A DNA stretch of 64,000 nt from positions 2,336,001 through 2,400,000 of the forward strand of contig OY970067.1 of assembly GCA_963705305.1 (NCBI GenBank), read 5' to 3'. Below are positions 39,010 to 49,249 of the stretch, piece by piece. Numbering within the stretch: the first letter of the stretch is position 1; each line of letters begins with the position of its first letter. Origin of the DNA: an uncultured Methylomirabilota bacterium. Its GTDB lineage: Bacteria; Methylomirabilota; Methylomirabilia; Methylomirabilales; 2-02-FULL-66-22. A model generated the notes under the pieces. That model saw only the letters and a program-made list of their open reading frames with translations, was not told the DNA's origin and made no database searches. A program made the position numbers and the translations under genes.

Positions 39010-39921
39010 TCAGCGGGAGGGCGCGCCGTTCAGTGCGGGGGCCGCGCCCGTCACCTGCCAGACCGACTCCAGAAATGCCCGCAGCGCGGGCGAATCATCG
39101 TGCTCCCGCCACATGGCGGCCAGGTCCGTCGTCGGCGCCTTCAGCGGCCGGTACACGACGCCCGTGCGCTGGAGGTTGCGAAGCGATGCCGGCACCAGCG
39201 ACACACCCATGCCGCCGGCCACCAGGCTGATGATGGTCTGCATCGCCCGGGCCTCCTGGACGACCTTCGGGGTGAACCCCGCGCTGGCGCACAGCCGGAT
39301 GATCTCGTCGTAGAATCCCGGACCCAGCCGCCGCGGCACCAGCACGAACGGCTCCCCGGCCATGGCCCCCAGTGGAATCTCCCGCCGACGGGCCAGTCGG
39401 TGCGTCTCGGGTACGGCCGCCATCAGCGGCTCCCGCCAGATCACCCGCACCGAGAGCCCACCGGCATCCGCCACCGGCGGGCGCACCAGCCCCACGTCCA
39501 GCTGATCCCTGCGCATGGCCTCGACCTGCTCCTCGCTGGTCATGTCCTGGAGCGTCAGCGACAGGTCCGGGAACCGCCTGCGCACCTCCTGGAGGATCTC
39601 GGGGAAGATGCCGTACGCCACGGAGCTGACGAACCCAACCGCCAGCTGCCCGATCTCGCCGCGAGCCGCCCGCTGGGCGGCGCGCACCGCGTGCTGCGAC
39701 TGATCGAGCACCTTGCGGGCCTCCGCCAGGAACGCGGTTCCGGCTGCGGTCAGCCCGACGCGCCGGTTCGTGCGGTGCAGCAGGGCGGCGCCGATCTCGG
39801 CCTCCAGCGCCTTGATCTGTTGGCTCAGCGGGGGCTGGGCGATCCCCAGGCGCTGGGCGGCGCGGCCGAAATGCAGCTCCTCGGCCACGGCGACGAAGTA
39901 TTTCAAGTGTCGAAGCTCCAT
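39010..39921 (-). CDS. LysR family transcriptional regulator
   Basis: MELRHLKYFVAVAEELHFGRAAQRLGIAQPPLSQQIKALE, LVAGGMGVSLVP. Confidence 0.95.
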   Translation of the reverse strand: MELRHLKYFVAVAEELHFGRAAQRLGIAQPPLSQQIKALEAEIGAALLHRTNRRVGLTAAGTAFLAEARKVLDQSQHAVRAAQRAARGEIGQLAVGFVSSVAYGIFPEILQEVRRRFPDLSLTLQDMTSEEQVEAMRRDQLDVGLVRPPVADAGGLSVRVIWREPLMAAVPETHRLARRREIPLGAMAGEPFVLVPRRLGPGFYDEIIRLCASAGFTPKVVQEARAMQTIISLVAGGMGVSLVPASLRNLQRTGVVYRPLKAPTTDLAAMWREHDDSPALRAFLESVWQVTGAAPALNGAPSR

Positions 39922-39929
39922 GTGGAAAA

Positions 39930-39948
39930 TGATATCCATTACGTCTCA
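39930..39948. promoter_or_regulatory. Putative LysR recognition box in the divergent promoter
   Basis: Imperfect palindrome TGATA-N9-TCTCA directly upstream of the LysR start in an AT-rich patch. Confidence 0.55.
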
Positions 39949-40118
39949 TTCATTCAAGAGAGATATATTGGACATCAGAGGAATGTGGCAGTAGTTTCAC
40001 ACGCACATGAGGCCGCCGCCCGGCGGGAGGCGGGCGGCGGGAGGCCGGTGTGCGCAGCCGAGTCGATCCCCTCTGGGCAAGAAGTGAAACAGCTCCCCAA
40101 GCAAGTGTCTCGGTGAGG

Positions 40119-41330
40119 ATGATCGAGGTGCCTGCCGTATCACAGTCGGTCGACTGGACCAAGCCGCCCCGCGCGGCATCCGCGCGCCGGAGCGGGCGCG
40201 AGGTGGCGCTGTTCCTCACGGGGTTCGGCACCTTCCTGACCCTCTACGCCCCCCAGCCCCTGCTCCCGCTGTTCCGGGAGCTCTTCCAGGCCTCCGAGCT
40301 GCTGGTGAGCCTCACCGTCACGGCATCTGTGATCGCCGTGGCGCTGGCCGCCCCGCTCGTCGGGCTGGCGGCGGATGCGGTGGGCCGCAAGCGGGTCATC
40401 GTGGCCTCCATGATCGGCCTCTCCATCCCGACCGTTCTGGCCGCCACGGCCGGCAGCCTCCCGGCGCTCATCCTGTGGCGATTTCTCCAGGGCCTCTTCG
40501 TGCCGGGCATCATCGCCGTCGCCATGGCGTATATCAGCGAGGAGTCGCCGGCCCACGTGGTGGCCGCGACCATGGCCACCTATGTCACCGGAACGGTGGT
40601 CGGGGGGTTTTCCGGCCGTTTCGCCAGCGGCTTGGTCGCCATGCACCGGGGGTGGCCGGCGGCCTTCGTCGTGCTGGGCGTGGCGGCCATGTTGGGGGGG
40701 CTGGCGACATGGTGGCTGCTGCCCCGCTCCACCAAGTTCATCCGGCAGCGCACCGCCTTCGCCTCCCTCCGGGCGTTCCGCGAGCACGTGCGGAACCCGC
40801 GGCTCCTCGCGACCTACGCGGTCGGGTTCAACGTCCTGTTCGTCCAGGTCGCCTCATTCACCTACGTCAATTTCTACCTGGCCGACAAGCCCTTCGGCCT
40901 CGGCCCCGGCGCGCTCTCCTCGATCTTCGCCGTGTATCTGATCGGCGCCGCCGTGACCCCGTCCGCCGGCCAGATCATCGACCGGGTGGGGTATCGCCGC
41001 GCCCTCGTGGGAGCGGTCTGCCTGGGCAGCGTGGGCATCCTCCTGACCCTCCTTCACGTCCTGGCGGCCGTGATCGCCGGGCTGGCCCTCTCCTGCACCG
41101 GAGTCTTCGCGTGCCAGGCTGCGGCCTCCAGCCACGTGGGGGAGGCGGCGGGTCACGCCCGCTCGTCCGCCGCCGGTCTGTACGTCTCCCTCTACTACCT
41201 CGGCGGCGGGGCCGGCTCCGTCATCCCGGGCCTGCTCTGGAGACAGGCCGGCTGGCCCGGCTGCGTCGGACTCATCCTGGCCGTGGAGGCCGTCACCGCC
41301 TGGATCGCCTATACGGCGTGGAAGGATTAG
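40119..41330 (+). CDS. MFS transporter (YnfM-like); start approximate
   Basis: LYAPQPLLP, ADAVGRKRVI, RFLQG, AMAYISEE, GGFSGR; divergent from LysR. Confidence 0.9.
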   Translation: MIEVPAVSQSVDWTKPPRAASARRSGREVALFLTGFGTFLTLYAPQPLLPLFRELFQASELLVSLTVTASVIAVALAAPLVGLAADAVGRKRVIVASMIGLSIPTVLAATAGSLPALILWRFLQGLFVPGIIAVAMAYISEESPAHVVAATMATYVTGTVVGGFSGRFASGLVAMHRGWPAAFVVLGVAAMLGGLATWWLLPRSTKFIRQRTAFASLRAFREHVRNPRLLATYAVGFNVLFVQVASFTYVNFYLADKPFGLGPGALSSIFAVYLIGAAVTPSAGQIIDRVGYRRALVGAVCLGSVGILLTLLHVLAAVIAGLALSCTGVFACQAAASSHVGEAAGHARSSAAGLYVSLYYLGGGAGSVIPGLLWRQAGWPGCVGLILAVEAVTAWIAYTAWKD

Positions 41331-41357
41331 CGCGCCGGGGGGAATCCCTGGCTCTGG

Positions 41358-41399
41358 AAAAATGAAGCGCCGGTCGGAGTCCGACCGGCGCTTTCTTTC
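41358..41399. terminator. Probable bidirectional intrinsic terminator
   Basis: Perfect 13-bp stem AAGCGCCGGTCGG-AGT-CCGACCGGCGCTT with T-rich 3' side and A-run 5' side between convergent genes. Confidence 0.8.
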
Positions 41400-41424
41400 A
41401 TCCTTGAACAGTCTGCCTGGATTG

Positions 41425-42879
41425 TCAGCGGCCTGTTCCGGGCCGTCGGCGGAAGGCCGGACGATTCTCGCCCCCCTGTTGGAAGCGGGCCGCGCCGGCC
41501 GGCCGCTCGGAGCGGTCCGTGATCTGGCGGAGCCAGGCGAGGCCTGCCCCTTGGCGGTCCGACCCGGCGCGGCGAGGTGCCGGCCTCCCCGACAATCCCG
41601 TGGCGACCCTCCGGTTGGCGGCGGGGCGTGCGGCGGTGTCTCCCGGGATGGAACGGGCCGGGCTCGCGGCGACGCGGAAGCGCGCCGCCCGGTTCCGGGC
41701 GCGCATGGCGGCGATGCGGTCGGCCAGGGGGATCTCCAGCCGCTCCGCAGGCCGGTGGGTGTAATCGAAATCGGCCACCTTCAGGCGCGGCAAGGGCTTC
41801 CCGATGTGCCGCTCGATGGCGCGCAGATTTCCCTCCTCGTCCGGCGAGACGAAGGTGTAGGCGTCCCCCGTCGCCTGGACCCGGGCCGTGCGCCCGACGC
41901 GGTGGATGTAGTCCTCCGGCAGGTGGGGGACATCGAAGTTGACCACCAGCGCCAGCGCCTCGACGTCTATGCCCCGGGCGGCGATGTCCGTGGCCACCAG
42001 GACGCGGAAGCGGCCGGTCTTGAATCCCGCCAGCGCCTCGGTCCGCTGCGTCTGGCTGCGGTTCCCGTGGATGCGGGCGCAGCAAACTCCCTGCCGCTCG
42101 AGGAAGTCGGCCAAGCGGTTGGCCCGGTGTTTGGTCCGGGTGAAGGCCAGGACACTCTTGGCCGGTCCCTGCTTGAGCAGCCTGAGCAGCAGGTGCGATT
42201 TCAGCTCGTGCGGCACCGGGTACACGCTATGGGTGATGCCGGCCGCCGGTGCGGATCTCCGCTCGACGTTCAAGGCCACGGGATTGTCCAGAAGATCGTC
42301 CGCCAGCTCCACGATGGGGGCCGGCAGGGTCGCCGAGAACAGGAGCGTGCGGCGCTTGGCAGGCAGATGCTTGAGCACGCGGCGGATATCCGGCAGGAAG
42401 CCCATGTCGAGCATGCGGTCCGCCTCGTCGAGGACGAGATACTCGATGCCGGACAGGCGCGCGTAGGGGTACTGGAAATGATCCAGCAGCCGTCCCGGCG
42501 TGGCGATGATGACATCGACGCCCTTGCGGAACGCCTGCTCCTGGGGCCCCATGGCCACCCCACCGTATACCGCCGCGCAGGTCAGGCGGGTGTGCCGCGC
42601 CAGGCTGCGGAGGTGGTCGGCGATCTGAGCGGCCAGCTCCCGCGTGGGGGCCACGATCAAAGCCCGGGTCACACCCCGCGGCTTCTCCAGCAGGTCGTGG
42701 AGGATGGGCAGGAGGAACGCAGCGGTCTTCCCGCTGCCGGTCACGGCGGTGGCCAGGACGTCCCGGCCCTGCATGAGGGGCGGGATGGCCGCCCGCTGGA
42801 TCGGCGTGGGCTCCTCGAACCCCATGCCCTGGACGGCCTTCAAGAGATCTGCATCGAGTCCGAATTCGGCAAACGACAT
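41425..42879 (-). CDS. DEAD-box RNA helicase (RhlE-like)
   Basis: PTPIQ, TGSGKT, PTRELA, TPGRL, DEAD, SAT, ARGID, YIHRVGRTAR. Confidence 0.95.
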   Translation of the reverse strand: MSFAEFGLDADLLKAVQGMGFEEPTPIQRAAIPPLMQGRDVLATAVTGSGKTAAFLLPILHDLLEKPRGVTRALIVAPTRELAAQIADHLRSLARHTRLTCAAVYGGVAMGPQEQAFRKGVDVIIATPGRLLDHFQYPYARLSGIEYLVLDEADRMLDMGFLPDIRRVLKHLPAKRRTLLFSATLPAPIVELADDLLDNPVALNVERRSAPAAGITHSVYPVPHELKSHLLLRLLKQGPAKSVLAFTRTKHRANRLADFLERQGVCCARIHGNRSQTQRTEALAGFKTGRFRVLVATDIAARGIDVEALALVVNFDVPHLPEDYIHRVGRTARVQATGDAYTFVSPDEEGNLRAIERHIGKPLPRLKVADFDYTHRPAERLEIPLADRIAAMRARNRAARFRVAASPARSIPGDTAARPAANRRVATGLSGRPAPRRAGSDRQGAGLAWLRQITDRSERPAGAARFQQGGENRPAFRRRPGTGR

Positions 42880-43081
42880 GCGTTTTCCCTGTACTTTCCG
42901 CGGACACACGACATCCGCGCAGGGATCGAGTGTGACCGCTGTGGTTTCCGGCTGGATTGTGTGAGAGGGGATAACGGAGGAATCGCCGGAGAGGCCGCCG
43001 TTCAGGCTGTGAGACCTGCCCTATTCAGTCCGTCTTCCGCCGGGGCCTACATGGCTTCGGTCTGCGGGGGAAGAACATAAC

Positions 43082-43109
43082 ATCATACCACACTATCCGA
43101 TTCTGTCCA
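43082..43109 (-). promoter_or_regulatory. Putative promoter of the DEAD-box helicase
   Basis: Minus strand TGGACA-16 nt-TATGAT with extended TG. Confidence 0.5.
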
Positions 43110-43274
43110 GGAAACTTTAGGAGCCGGATCGGGCGCAGCCGCTTGCGGCGTGCGCTCTCTGCCGCGCACGCCACCCGGCATCCCCTTGAATCCGGCGGTC
43201 CGCCCGCCCGACTGCTGCTATAATGGGCGGTACTGAATTTGTCGAGTGGCATCGAGCCCCGGGAGGAGTCGCGC

Positions 43275-44147
43275 ATGTCCAACGTCGTGGTCGTGAACGT
43301 CTTCGCGGCGGCCGAGGGGGGCGGCAACCCCACGCCGATCGTCCTGGACGCCGCGGGGTACGATGAGGCCGGCATGCTGGCGCTCGCCCGCCGGTACGGC
43401 CTGGAGAGCGCCTTCGTCCTCCCGCCGACCGATCCCGCCGAGGCCGACTTCCGGTTTCGCTTCTTCGTTCCCCGCCAGGAGATGAGCATGTGCGGCCACG
43501 CCACCGTGGGGACGCTCTGGCTGCTTTCGAAGGCCGGGCGACTCGGCGCAGCGCATGCCAGGGTCGAAACGAAGAGCGGCGTGGTGCGGGGCTTCGTGCG
43601 GGCCGCCGGGAAGCCCGGCGAGTACATCGAGATCACCCAGCCGGCGGGCCATCTCGAAGAGATCGGCGAGCCCGAGTCGAGACGGGCCATCCTCGATGTG
43701 CTCGGCCTCACCGAGGCGAAGGTGTCGCCGCTCCCGATCCTCAACGCCACCACCAGCCGGACCAAGACCCTCGTTCCGCTCACGGGCGTGGAGATCCTGG
43801 ATGGGCTCAAGCCTGACTTCGCGCGCATGGAGGGCCTCTGCGGGTCCCTCCAGTCCACCGGCCTCTACCCGTTCGCCGTCCGGTCGCTCGAGCAGCGCGT
43901 GTTCGAGGCCCGGCAGTTCCCCAGGGCCTCCGGGTTCCCGGAGGATGCGGCCACCGGCGTGGCGGCCACGGCCCTGGCCTTCGGCCTGGTCGCCTACGGA
44001 TTGATCCCGTGCGACGGCGAAGGAATCACCGTCCGGCAGGGGCGGGCAATGGGCCGTCCTTCGGAGATTTTCGTGCGCTTCGATCTGCCGCCCGGCGCCT
44101 CCCACCCCGTCGGCTGCTTCCTCGGCGGCCGGGCCATGCTGGCATGA
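43275..44147 (+). CDS. PhzF family isomerase/epimerase
   Basis: VFAAAEGGGNP, ESAFV, EMSMCGHATVG, EDAATG, QGRAMGRPS; GGAGG RBS. Confidence 0.92.
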   Translation: MSNVVVVNVFAAAEGGGNPTPIVLDAAGYDEAGMLALARRYGLESAFVLPPTDPAEADFRFRFFVPRQEMSMCGHATVGTLWLLSKAGRLGAAHARVETKSGVVRGFVRAAGKPGEYIEITQPAGHLEEIGEPESRRAILDVLGLTEAKVSPLPILNATTSRTKTLVPLTGVEILDGLKPDFARMEGLCGSLQSTGLYPFAVRSLEQRVFEARQFPRASGFPEDAATGVAATALAFGLVAYGLIPCDGEGITVRQGRAMGRPSEIFVRFDLPPGASHPVGCFLGGRAMLA

Positions 44148-44160
44148 GGGTCGCTCGGGC

Positions 44161-45720
44161 TCAGAGCGCCAGCTCGATCAGGAACGGCGCCCGGGCTTCC
44201 AGGGCGCGCCCAATCGCGGCGCACAACGCCCGGAACGTCGGGGTGCGCTCGCCCGTCACGCCGTAGCCGCGGGCCAGCGATACCCAATCGATCGGCGGGC
44301 CGTCGAGGCCGGTGAGTGCCGCGGCGTGGCCGGTGACGGCCACGCCGGCCCGGGTGAGCTCCGTGCGCACGACGCCGTACGTGCGGTTCGCCGCGACGCA
44401 CAGCACCACAGGAAGGCCTTCACGGGCCATGGTCCACAGCGCCTGCGCCGTGTAGAGGGCGGCCCCATCACCGGCCAGGGCCAGCACGGGCTGCCCCGGC
44501 TCTGCGAGCGCCGCCCCCAGGGCCGCGGGCGGCGCAAAGCCGATCGAGCCGCCGGACAGGCAGAGGGCGCGATGGCGCCTGCCTGCCGCCGCCGCGGCAA
44601 AGTATGGGTAGCCGAGCGTCCCGCCTTCCACGACCACCGCCGCGCCCTCGGGGATCCGGGGGATCAGGGCCGCCATCACACCGGCCGGGGTGAGGGGCGC
44701 GTCCGGCGGAGGTGCCGCCGGCGGATCCAGGCGCGCGTCGGGCGCCCCAGCGGCCCCCACCGCGTCCGCCAGCGCCTCCAGCGCTCCCGCGGCATCCTCC
44801 TCCGGCCGGGCCAGCGACAGCGTGGTCCCCGGCCTGGTGATGGTGCTGGGAACTCCGGCGTACCCGAAGAAGGTCACCGGCTCGACCGCGCCGGCGAGCA
44901 CGACCAGATCGTGGGCCGCGACGAGGGCGATGGCGGGCTCCGGGAAGTAGGGGAGGCGCGGGATGGAGGGCAGCCCGCCGCCCCGGTCGCTGGTGGAGGG
45001 AAACGTCTCGCTGACCAGGCGCGCGCCGCACCCGGCGGCCAGCCGCCGCGCCGCCCGCTGCCCGCGCGCCGCCAGAGCGTTCCCGCCGAGAAGGAGCAGC
45101 GGGGCGGTGCTGCGGTGCATCCGGTCTACCGCGATGCCGATGCGGGCTGGATCGGGCGGGGGCGCCGCCCGCAGGGACAGCGGCCCATCGCCTCCCGCCG
45201 GTGCCGGCGCCTGCTGCCAATCCATGGGGAAAATGACCGTCGCCACCTGGCCCGGCGGAACGCGCGCAACCGCAATGGCCTCGCGGATCCTGGCCGAGAC
45301 GGCCGAGGGGGAATCGATCGTTCCTACAAAGGCCGACACGGGCCGGGCCAGTGACGCGATGTCGCTGGTCAACGGGGCGTCGAAGGGGAGGTGCCAGGTG
45401 GCGTGCTCGCCGATCACGTTGACGACGGGGCTCCTGCCTCGCCGCGCATTGTGGAGGTTGGCAATCGCGTTCGCGAACCCCGGGCCGAGGTGGGTGAGGG
45501 TCATGGCCGGCTTGCCGGCCACCCGGCCGTACCCATCCGCGGCGCCGGAGCAGACCCCCTCGAAGAGGCACAGGATCGGTCGAATCGCTCGCTGCCGCTC
45601 GAACGCGGCCACCAGCGGCATCTCGGTCGTTCCGGGGTTGGCGAAACAGAGCTCGATGCCCGCGGCTGCGGCGGTCGCCAGGAGCGCGTCCGCTCCGGTC
45701 AAGCCCGATGGTTCCATCAT
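44161..45720 (-). CDS. TPP-dependent enzyme (acetolactate synthase large subunit-like)
   Basis: CFANPGTTEM, LFEGVCSGAADGYGR, HLGPGFAN, TPP motif GDGAALYT...N. Confidence 0.9.
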   Translation of the reverse strand: MMEPSGLTGADALLATAAAAGIELCFANPGTTEMPLVAAFERQRAIRPILCLFEGVCSGAADGYGRVAGKPAMTLTHLGPGFANAIANLHNARRGRSPVVNVIGEHATWHLPFDAPLTSDIASLARPVSAFVGTIDSPSAVSARIREAIAVARVPPGQVATVIFPMDWQQAPAPAGGDGPLSLRAAPPPDPARIGIAVDRMHRSTAPLLLLGGNALAARGQRAARRLAAGCGARLVSETFPSTSDRGGGLPSIPRLPYFPEPAIALVAAHDLVVLAGAVEPVTFFGYAGVPSTITRPGTTLSLARPEEDAAGALEALADAVGAAGAPDARLDPPAAPPPDAPLTPAGVMAALIPRIPEGAAVVVEGGTLGYPYFAAAAAGRRHRALCLSGGSIGFAPPAALGAALAEPGQPVLALAGDGAALYTAQALWTMAREGLPVVLCVAANRTYGVVRTELTRAGVAVTGHAAALTGLDGPPIDWVSLARGYGVTGERTPTFRALCAAIGRALEARAPFLIELAL

Positions 45721-45749
45721 GGAAGCCCCCATATTCAGCCGAACGGACT

Positions 45750-45851
45750 CCATTCCGAACATATCTCACCGCCAGGACGCCGAGGGAAAATTCGAATTTG
45801 AAAGGGGTGCCCTTGGCGTCATGGCGGTTGAACACTTCCTTCGGTTCAAGG
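45750..45851 (+). repeat. Dispersed hairpin element, copy 3 (1 heptamer core unit)
   Basis: CCATTCCGAACATATCTCACCGCC...CTTGGCGTCATGGCGGTTGAACAC...CGGTTCAAGG aligns with copies 1 and 2. Confidence 0.9.
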
Positions 45852-46246
45852 TGCGCCCGCCGATGCGAGCGGGCCGGCGGGTCGAAGGCTAGCAGGGAGG
45901 GGGGGCCCGTCAAGACGGGCGCTGCCGCGCGGGCCGCTGCGTGGCGGGAAATTGCGGGCAGGACCGGATGACTCTCCCCGCAGCAAGCCCCGGCTGCCGG
46001 GCTGGAGATCAGGCAACCAATTCGGCGCCCACCCTGGCGCATCCGGGGACCGCCCGGCCTGTGCCTTGGGCGGGGACGCGATGGTCATGCAGTTGAACGG
46101 GGCCCGGACCCTGCGGGTGCTGGGCATCGATCCCCTGACGCCGGCCCACGAAGACAGAGGCTGGTTCCGACCCATCTCGTTGTGCTATAATTATAGGTGT
46201 TGATGCGCAGCTCGTAGAGGGCCGCGACTCCGCGCAGGAGAGATCC

Positions 46247-46552
46247 ATGATCCCAGAACCGCGGTCCGACATCCGGGTGAAAGTCCGCCCCAGTCGACCG
46301 GCGTCGGCGGCACTGGCGGGCGTCGGCCTGCTGTTCCTCCTGGTCGGCTATGCGCTCTTCGGAGCTGCGGAGGGGGAGGATTCGGCGCTCTACCTCCTGG
46401 TCCGGGCGCTCCGGCTGATCTGGCTGGCAGGCTGCCTGACAATCAGCGGCTTCGGCGTCTACTCCCTGGTGTGCAGCCGTCCCACGGCCATCCTCTCCAT
46501 GAAGATCAAGGACGGTCGCACACCCGACGGGCAAAACCCGTCCCCGCACTAG
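46247..46552 (+). CDS. Small two-TM hypothetical protein
   Basis: AGGAG RBS, upstream extended -10 TGCTATAAT (46183-46191), two hydrophobic segments. Confidence 0.6.
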   Translation: MIPEPRSDIRVKVRPSRPASAALAGVGLLFLLVGYALFGAAEGEDSALYLLVRALRLIWLAGCLTISGFGVYSLVCSRPTAILSMKIKDGRTPDGQNPSPH

Positions 46553-46812
46553 TCTCCCGAGTTGGAAGTTCGGTGACAAATTCGCCGGCCTACCAGGCCA
46601 CCCCTGCGAGCACCGGACCTCGTCGAGAACCGGCCAGCCTTGCTCCGGCGGCGCCGCCCCGGCCGGGGCGCGTCGCGCCGCGGGGTGCCTGTTCATAGGC
46701 CATTCGGGGCCTGCGAGGCCGCGGCGACCGGACCCGGCTGGCCCGCGGGTCCGGCGCGCTCGGGGTGCCCTGGCAGGCCTTGGATTTGTTCATGGATTTC
46801 TGACCCGGGACA

Positions 46813-47634
46813 CTAGACCCCCTTCTCCTGGGCGGCCTCGAACGCCCGGACTCCCGCCTCGTAGGTCCGGGTGATCTCCTGCATCGATTGCAGACTCTCG
46901 CCGCGTGCGGCCAGAGCGTCGGCATGGGCCAAGCCGGAGGCGATGGCCGGATCGGCCCCCGGGGGCAGGGCCGTGGTCGTCAGGCCCGCCAGCAGCCGCC
47001 GCTCGGCGGCCCGGCTCAGGCCCAGGTACGGCAGCTGATCGTACCAGAGCAGCCGCTCCTCCAGGCTGGTGAAGCGATGCCGCTCGCCCGCCATGCCCGC
47101 GAGGCGGGCCCCCAACTCGCCCGCCCGCTCGAGAGCGGCGCTCCAGTTGAACCGCGTCGCGGGGAGCGGCTCCAGCGCGCGCATCTGCAGCACCTGGAAG
47201 AAGTGGTACAAGGGCCGCAGGCCGGAGACCAGACCGTTTCCGGTGCCGCCGGCGACCCCGATGCCGAAGGCCGGCAAGCCCGCCAGCGGGGCCGAACGGG
47301 CGTACACGCGGAACATCTTGAGGATGAAGTACTTGACCATCCCCGTCGCGTCCCACCAGTAGATCGGGCTGCCCAGGATCAGCGCGCCGCAGCCGAGCAG
47401 CTTGCCGCTCAGATACTCGAAAGCAGGATCCTCGTGCCGGCACCGCTGCGCGGTCATGCACTCCCACGGCAGGCAGTCCTTGCAGGCGTCCACCACGTGA
47501 TCGGCCATCTGGACCAGCTCGACATTGGCGCCGGCTCCTGCCGCACCCTCCAGCGCCGCCGTCATCATCTGAAAGGTCCGTCCCTCTCGATTCGGGCTGC
47601 CCACCAGCCCCAGGATGTGTCCCGCTTTCCTCAC
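46813..47634 (-). CDS. Flavodoxin-like / iron-sulfur flavoprotein family (NADPH-dependent FMN reductase fold)
   Basis: GSPNREGRT, CKDC-x3-C-x5-C, LILGSPIYW; GTG after GGAGG. Confidence 0.85.
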   Translation of the reverse strand: MRKAGHILGLVGSPNREGRTFQMMTAALEGAAGAGANVELVQMADHVVDACKDCLPWECMTAQRCRHEDPAFEYLSGKLLGCGALILGSPIYWWDATGMVKYFILKMFRVYARSAPLAGLPAFGIGVAGGTGNGLVSGLRPLYHFFQVLQMRALEPLPATRFNWSAALERAGELGARLAGMAGERHRFTSLEERLLWYDQLPYLGLSRAAERRLLAGLTTTALPPGADPAIASGLAHADALAARGESLQSMQEITRTYEAGVRAFEAAQEKGV

Positions 47635-47747
47635 GTCTGATTTCCTCCCGTGTTGTTGCTCTCGGATTTCCTTCGTCCTCTCCCGCCTGTCCAGGGGCGC
47701 CCGGGGGAGCGGACTGCCTCCAATTGAGAGATTCCCCAGGGAATCCC

Positions 47748-48821
47748 CTAGCGAGCAGGCGGGGCCGCGGCGGCGTCCAGTTGCTGCTGGAGGCGACGCT
47801 GGTTCTCCCACTCCTTGCGCTTGGCTTCGAGGTACTCCGATTTATCCAGATCGTGCAGCTGGAGCGGATACCGCTCCATCAACTCGGAGGCCCGAGTAAT
47901 GCGGGCCTCGAACCGGAGCGAGTCCGGGACGGCCTGCGTATCCAGGAGCGCTTCGAAGGCGAGGTAGTAGCGCATGATGTTGCGTTCGACCATCCCGCGC
48001 AGTCCCTGGACGTATTGGGGGGGGCCGCCCGGGCCAGCGTCCGTCCGGGTGAAGCCGACCTTGTCCCGTCCCGCGGTGGCGAGATAGATGGCGGTGGCCA
48101 GCTTGCTGGCGGCGCTCTGCACGTAAGACGTGCGCAGGGCCAGCACGGTCCTTCCCCGGATGCCGGCGGCAACCAGCTCAAGCCGGTGGGCCGTGATCCC
48201 GTACAGGCCGTTGAGCGCGCTGAGGGTGACCGTGAGGATGCCCTCGTCCGTCCTGCGAACCGCGAATTGGTAGGGCTGGGCGAAGGCTTCCGCGGGGCTC
48301 TGGTAGACCTTTCGTCCCAAATACAGGGTGAGCCGCGATTCGTGCCCCTCCCCTTGGTAGGTGCACGCTTTCACGTTCACGTCCAGTGGGAGGAACTCAC
48401 ACCAGCTGAAGGGGGCGGCGAGAGCCCTCGCGACGACATCGAAAGGATGGTTGATGATGGCGTGCATCTTAGCGGTCAACTGATCGTTGTGCTCTTCCGA
48501 CTGGATTTGGATGGGGGCGCCGAAGCGGCTGCGCTGGGCCGGGTCGCGGAGCTCCTGGTACCACCGCTGAAGGCGCGCCACACTGCCTTCAGCGGGTCGG
48601 GCCGTCAGAGGAAGCAAGGCCAGGAGACATACCAGGAAAGCCGACCGGCCCCGAGGTCGCCGGGGCGGCTGCCGGCGACCGCGGCGCGATCGGGGCTCGC
48701 GTGGTGCGATATCCTCGGCGGCGAACCGCGCAGGCGCACGGCCCTTCTGTTCGGCGGCGGTCGGCCCCGAAAGTACCCCGACTCCCTGCGGACCGGCGGC
48801 TTGCCGGTGGCCCGGGATCAT
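47748..48821 (-). CDS. Hypothetical exported protein (start uncertain)
   Basis: Signal-like FLVCLLALLPLTARPAEG followed by ~280 aa of globular sequence (WCEFLPLDVNVKAC, GRDKVGFT, GLRGMVERNIMRYYLA). Confidence 0.7.
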   Translation of the reverse strand: MIPGHRQAAGPQGVGVLSGPTAAEQKGRAPARFAAEDIAPREPRSRRGRRQPPRRPRGRSAFLVCLLALLPLTARPAEGSVARLQRWYQELRDPAQRSRFGAPIQIQSEEHNDQLTAKMHAIINHPFDVVARALAAPFSWCEFLPLDVNVKACTYQGEGHESRLTLYLGRKVYQSPAEAFAQPYQFAVRRTDEGILTVTLSALNGLYGITAHRLELVAAGIRGRTVLALRTSYVQSAASKLATAIYLATAGRDKVGFTRTDAGPGGPPQYVQGLRGMVERNIMRYYLAFEALLDTQAVPDSLRFEARITRASELMERYPLQLHDLDKSEYLEAKRKEWENQRRLQQQLDAAAAPPAR

Positions 48822-49017
48822 GCAGGACAAAATACCCGCAGCCGGCATCGCGCCCCTCCGAGGCGGTCCCCGGATCTTGCTTCCCGCCGGATCAGACGCT
48901 ATCCCCCGCGAGCGGGGGAAGTCAAGCCAGAAAACCCGGCGCCGGCCCCGCCCGTGTCGAGGCGCGTGGGCGCCGGTGCGGGTCCCCTGCGCCCCCCTCC
49001 TCACCGGCAAACCGTTC

Positions 49018-49046
49018 TTGACAAGCCGCCAACTTAGGCGTACTTT
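49018..49046 (+). promoter_or_regulatory. Putative sigma-70 promoter
   Basis: TTGACA-17 nt-TACTTT immediately 5' of the RNA candidate. Confidence 0.65.
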
Positions 49047-49051
49047 TCCGG

Positions 49052-49248
49052 TCCGAGTGGTCAGGCCCCCGGTGTGGAGGCGTGTCGGATGCCTCCCGCA
49101 ACGGGCTGGCCCGGCCATCAACTGCAGTCTCCGAATGTGCACGTCGGGGGGCGAGCGAATTCTCCCCCCATCGAAAATACAAGAGAGCGGGTCCGGTGGG
49201 CGTGTAACGCGGAGGCAGTGGTTGTCGGGGAAGCAGGCCGACCTCGGA
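49052..49248 (+). ncRNA. Candidate structured RNA, ~197 nt, family unassigned (6S-like rod or riboswitch-like leader)
   Basis: Nested long-range complementarity TCCGAG/CTCGGA, CCCCGG/TCGGGG, TGCCTCC/GGAGGCA, GCTGGCCCG/CGGGTCCGGT; bracketed by promoter and terminator. Confidence 0.6.
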
Positions 49249-49249
49249 G

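Noticed and set aside
49000..49030. c-di-GMP-I riboswitch suggested by GGCAAACC before the cyclase
   Set aside because: The following GAAA-capped stem and GACGCAAAGC are absent; the segment is better explained as the -35 region.
49052..49248. Canonical SRP RNA (ffs) call
   Set aside because: TCAGG and AAGCAG are about 165 nt apart instead of closing a short GNRA hairpin; left unassigned.
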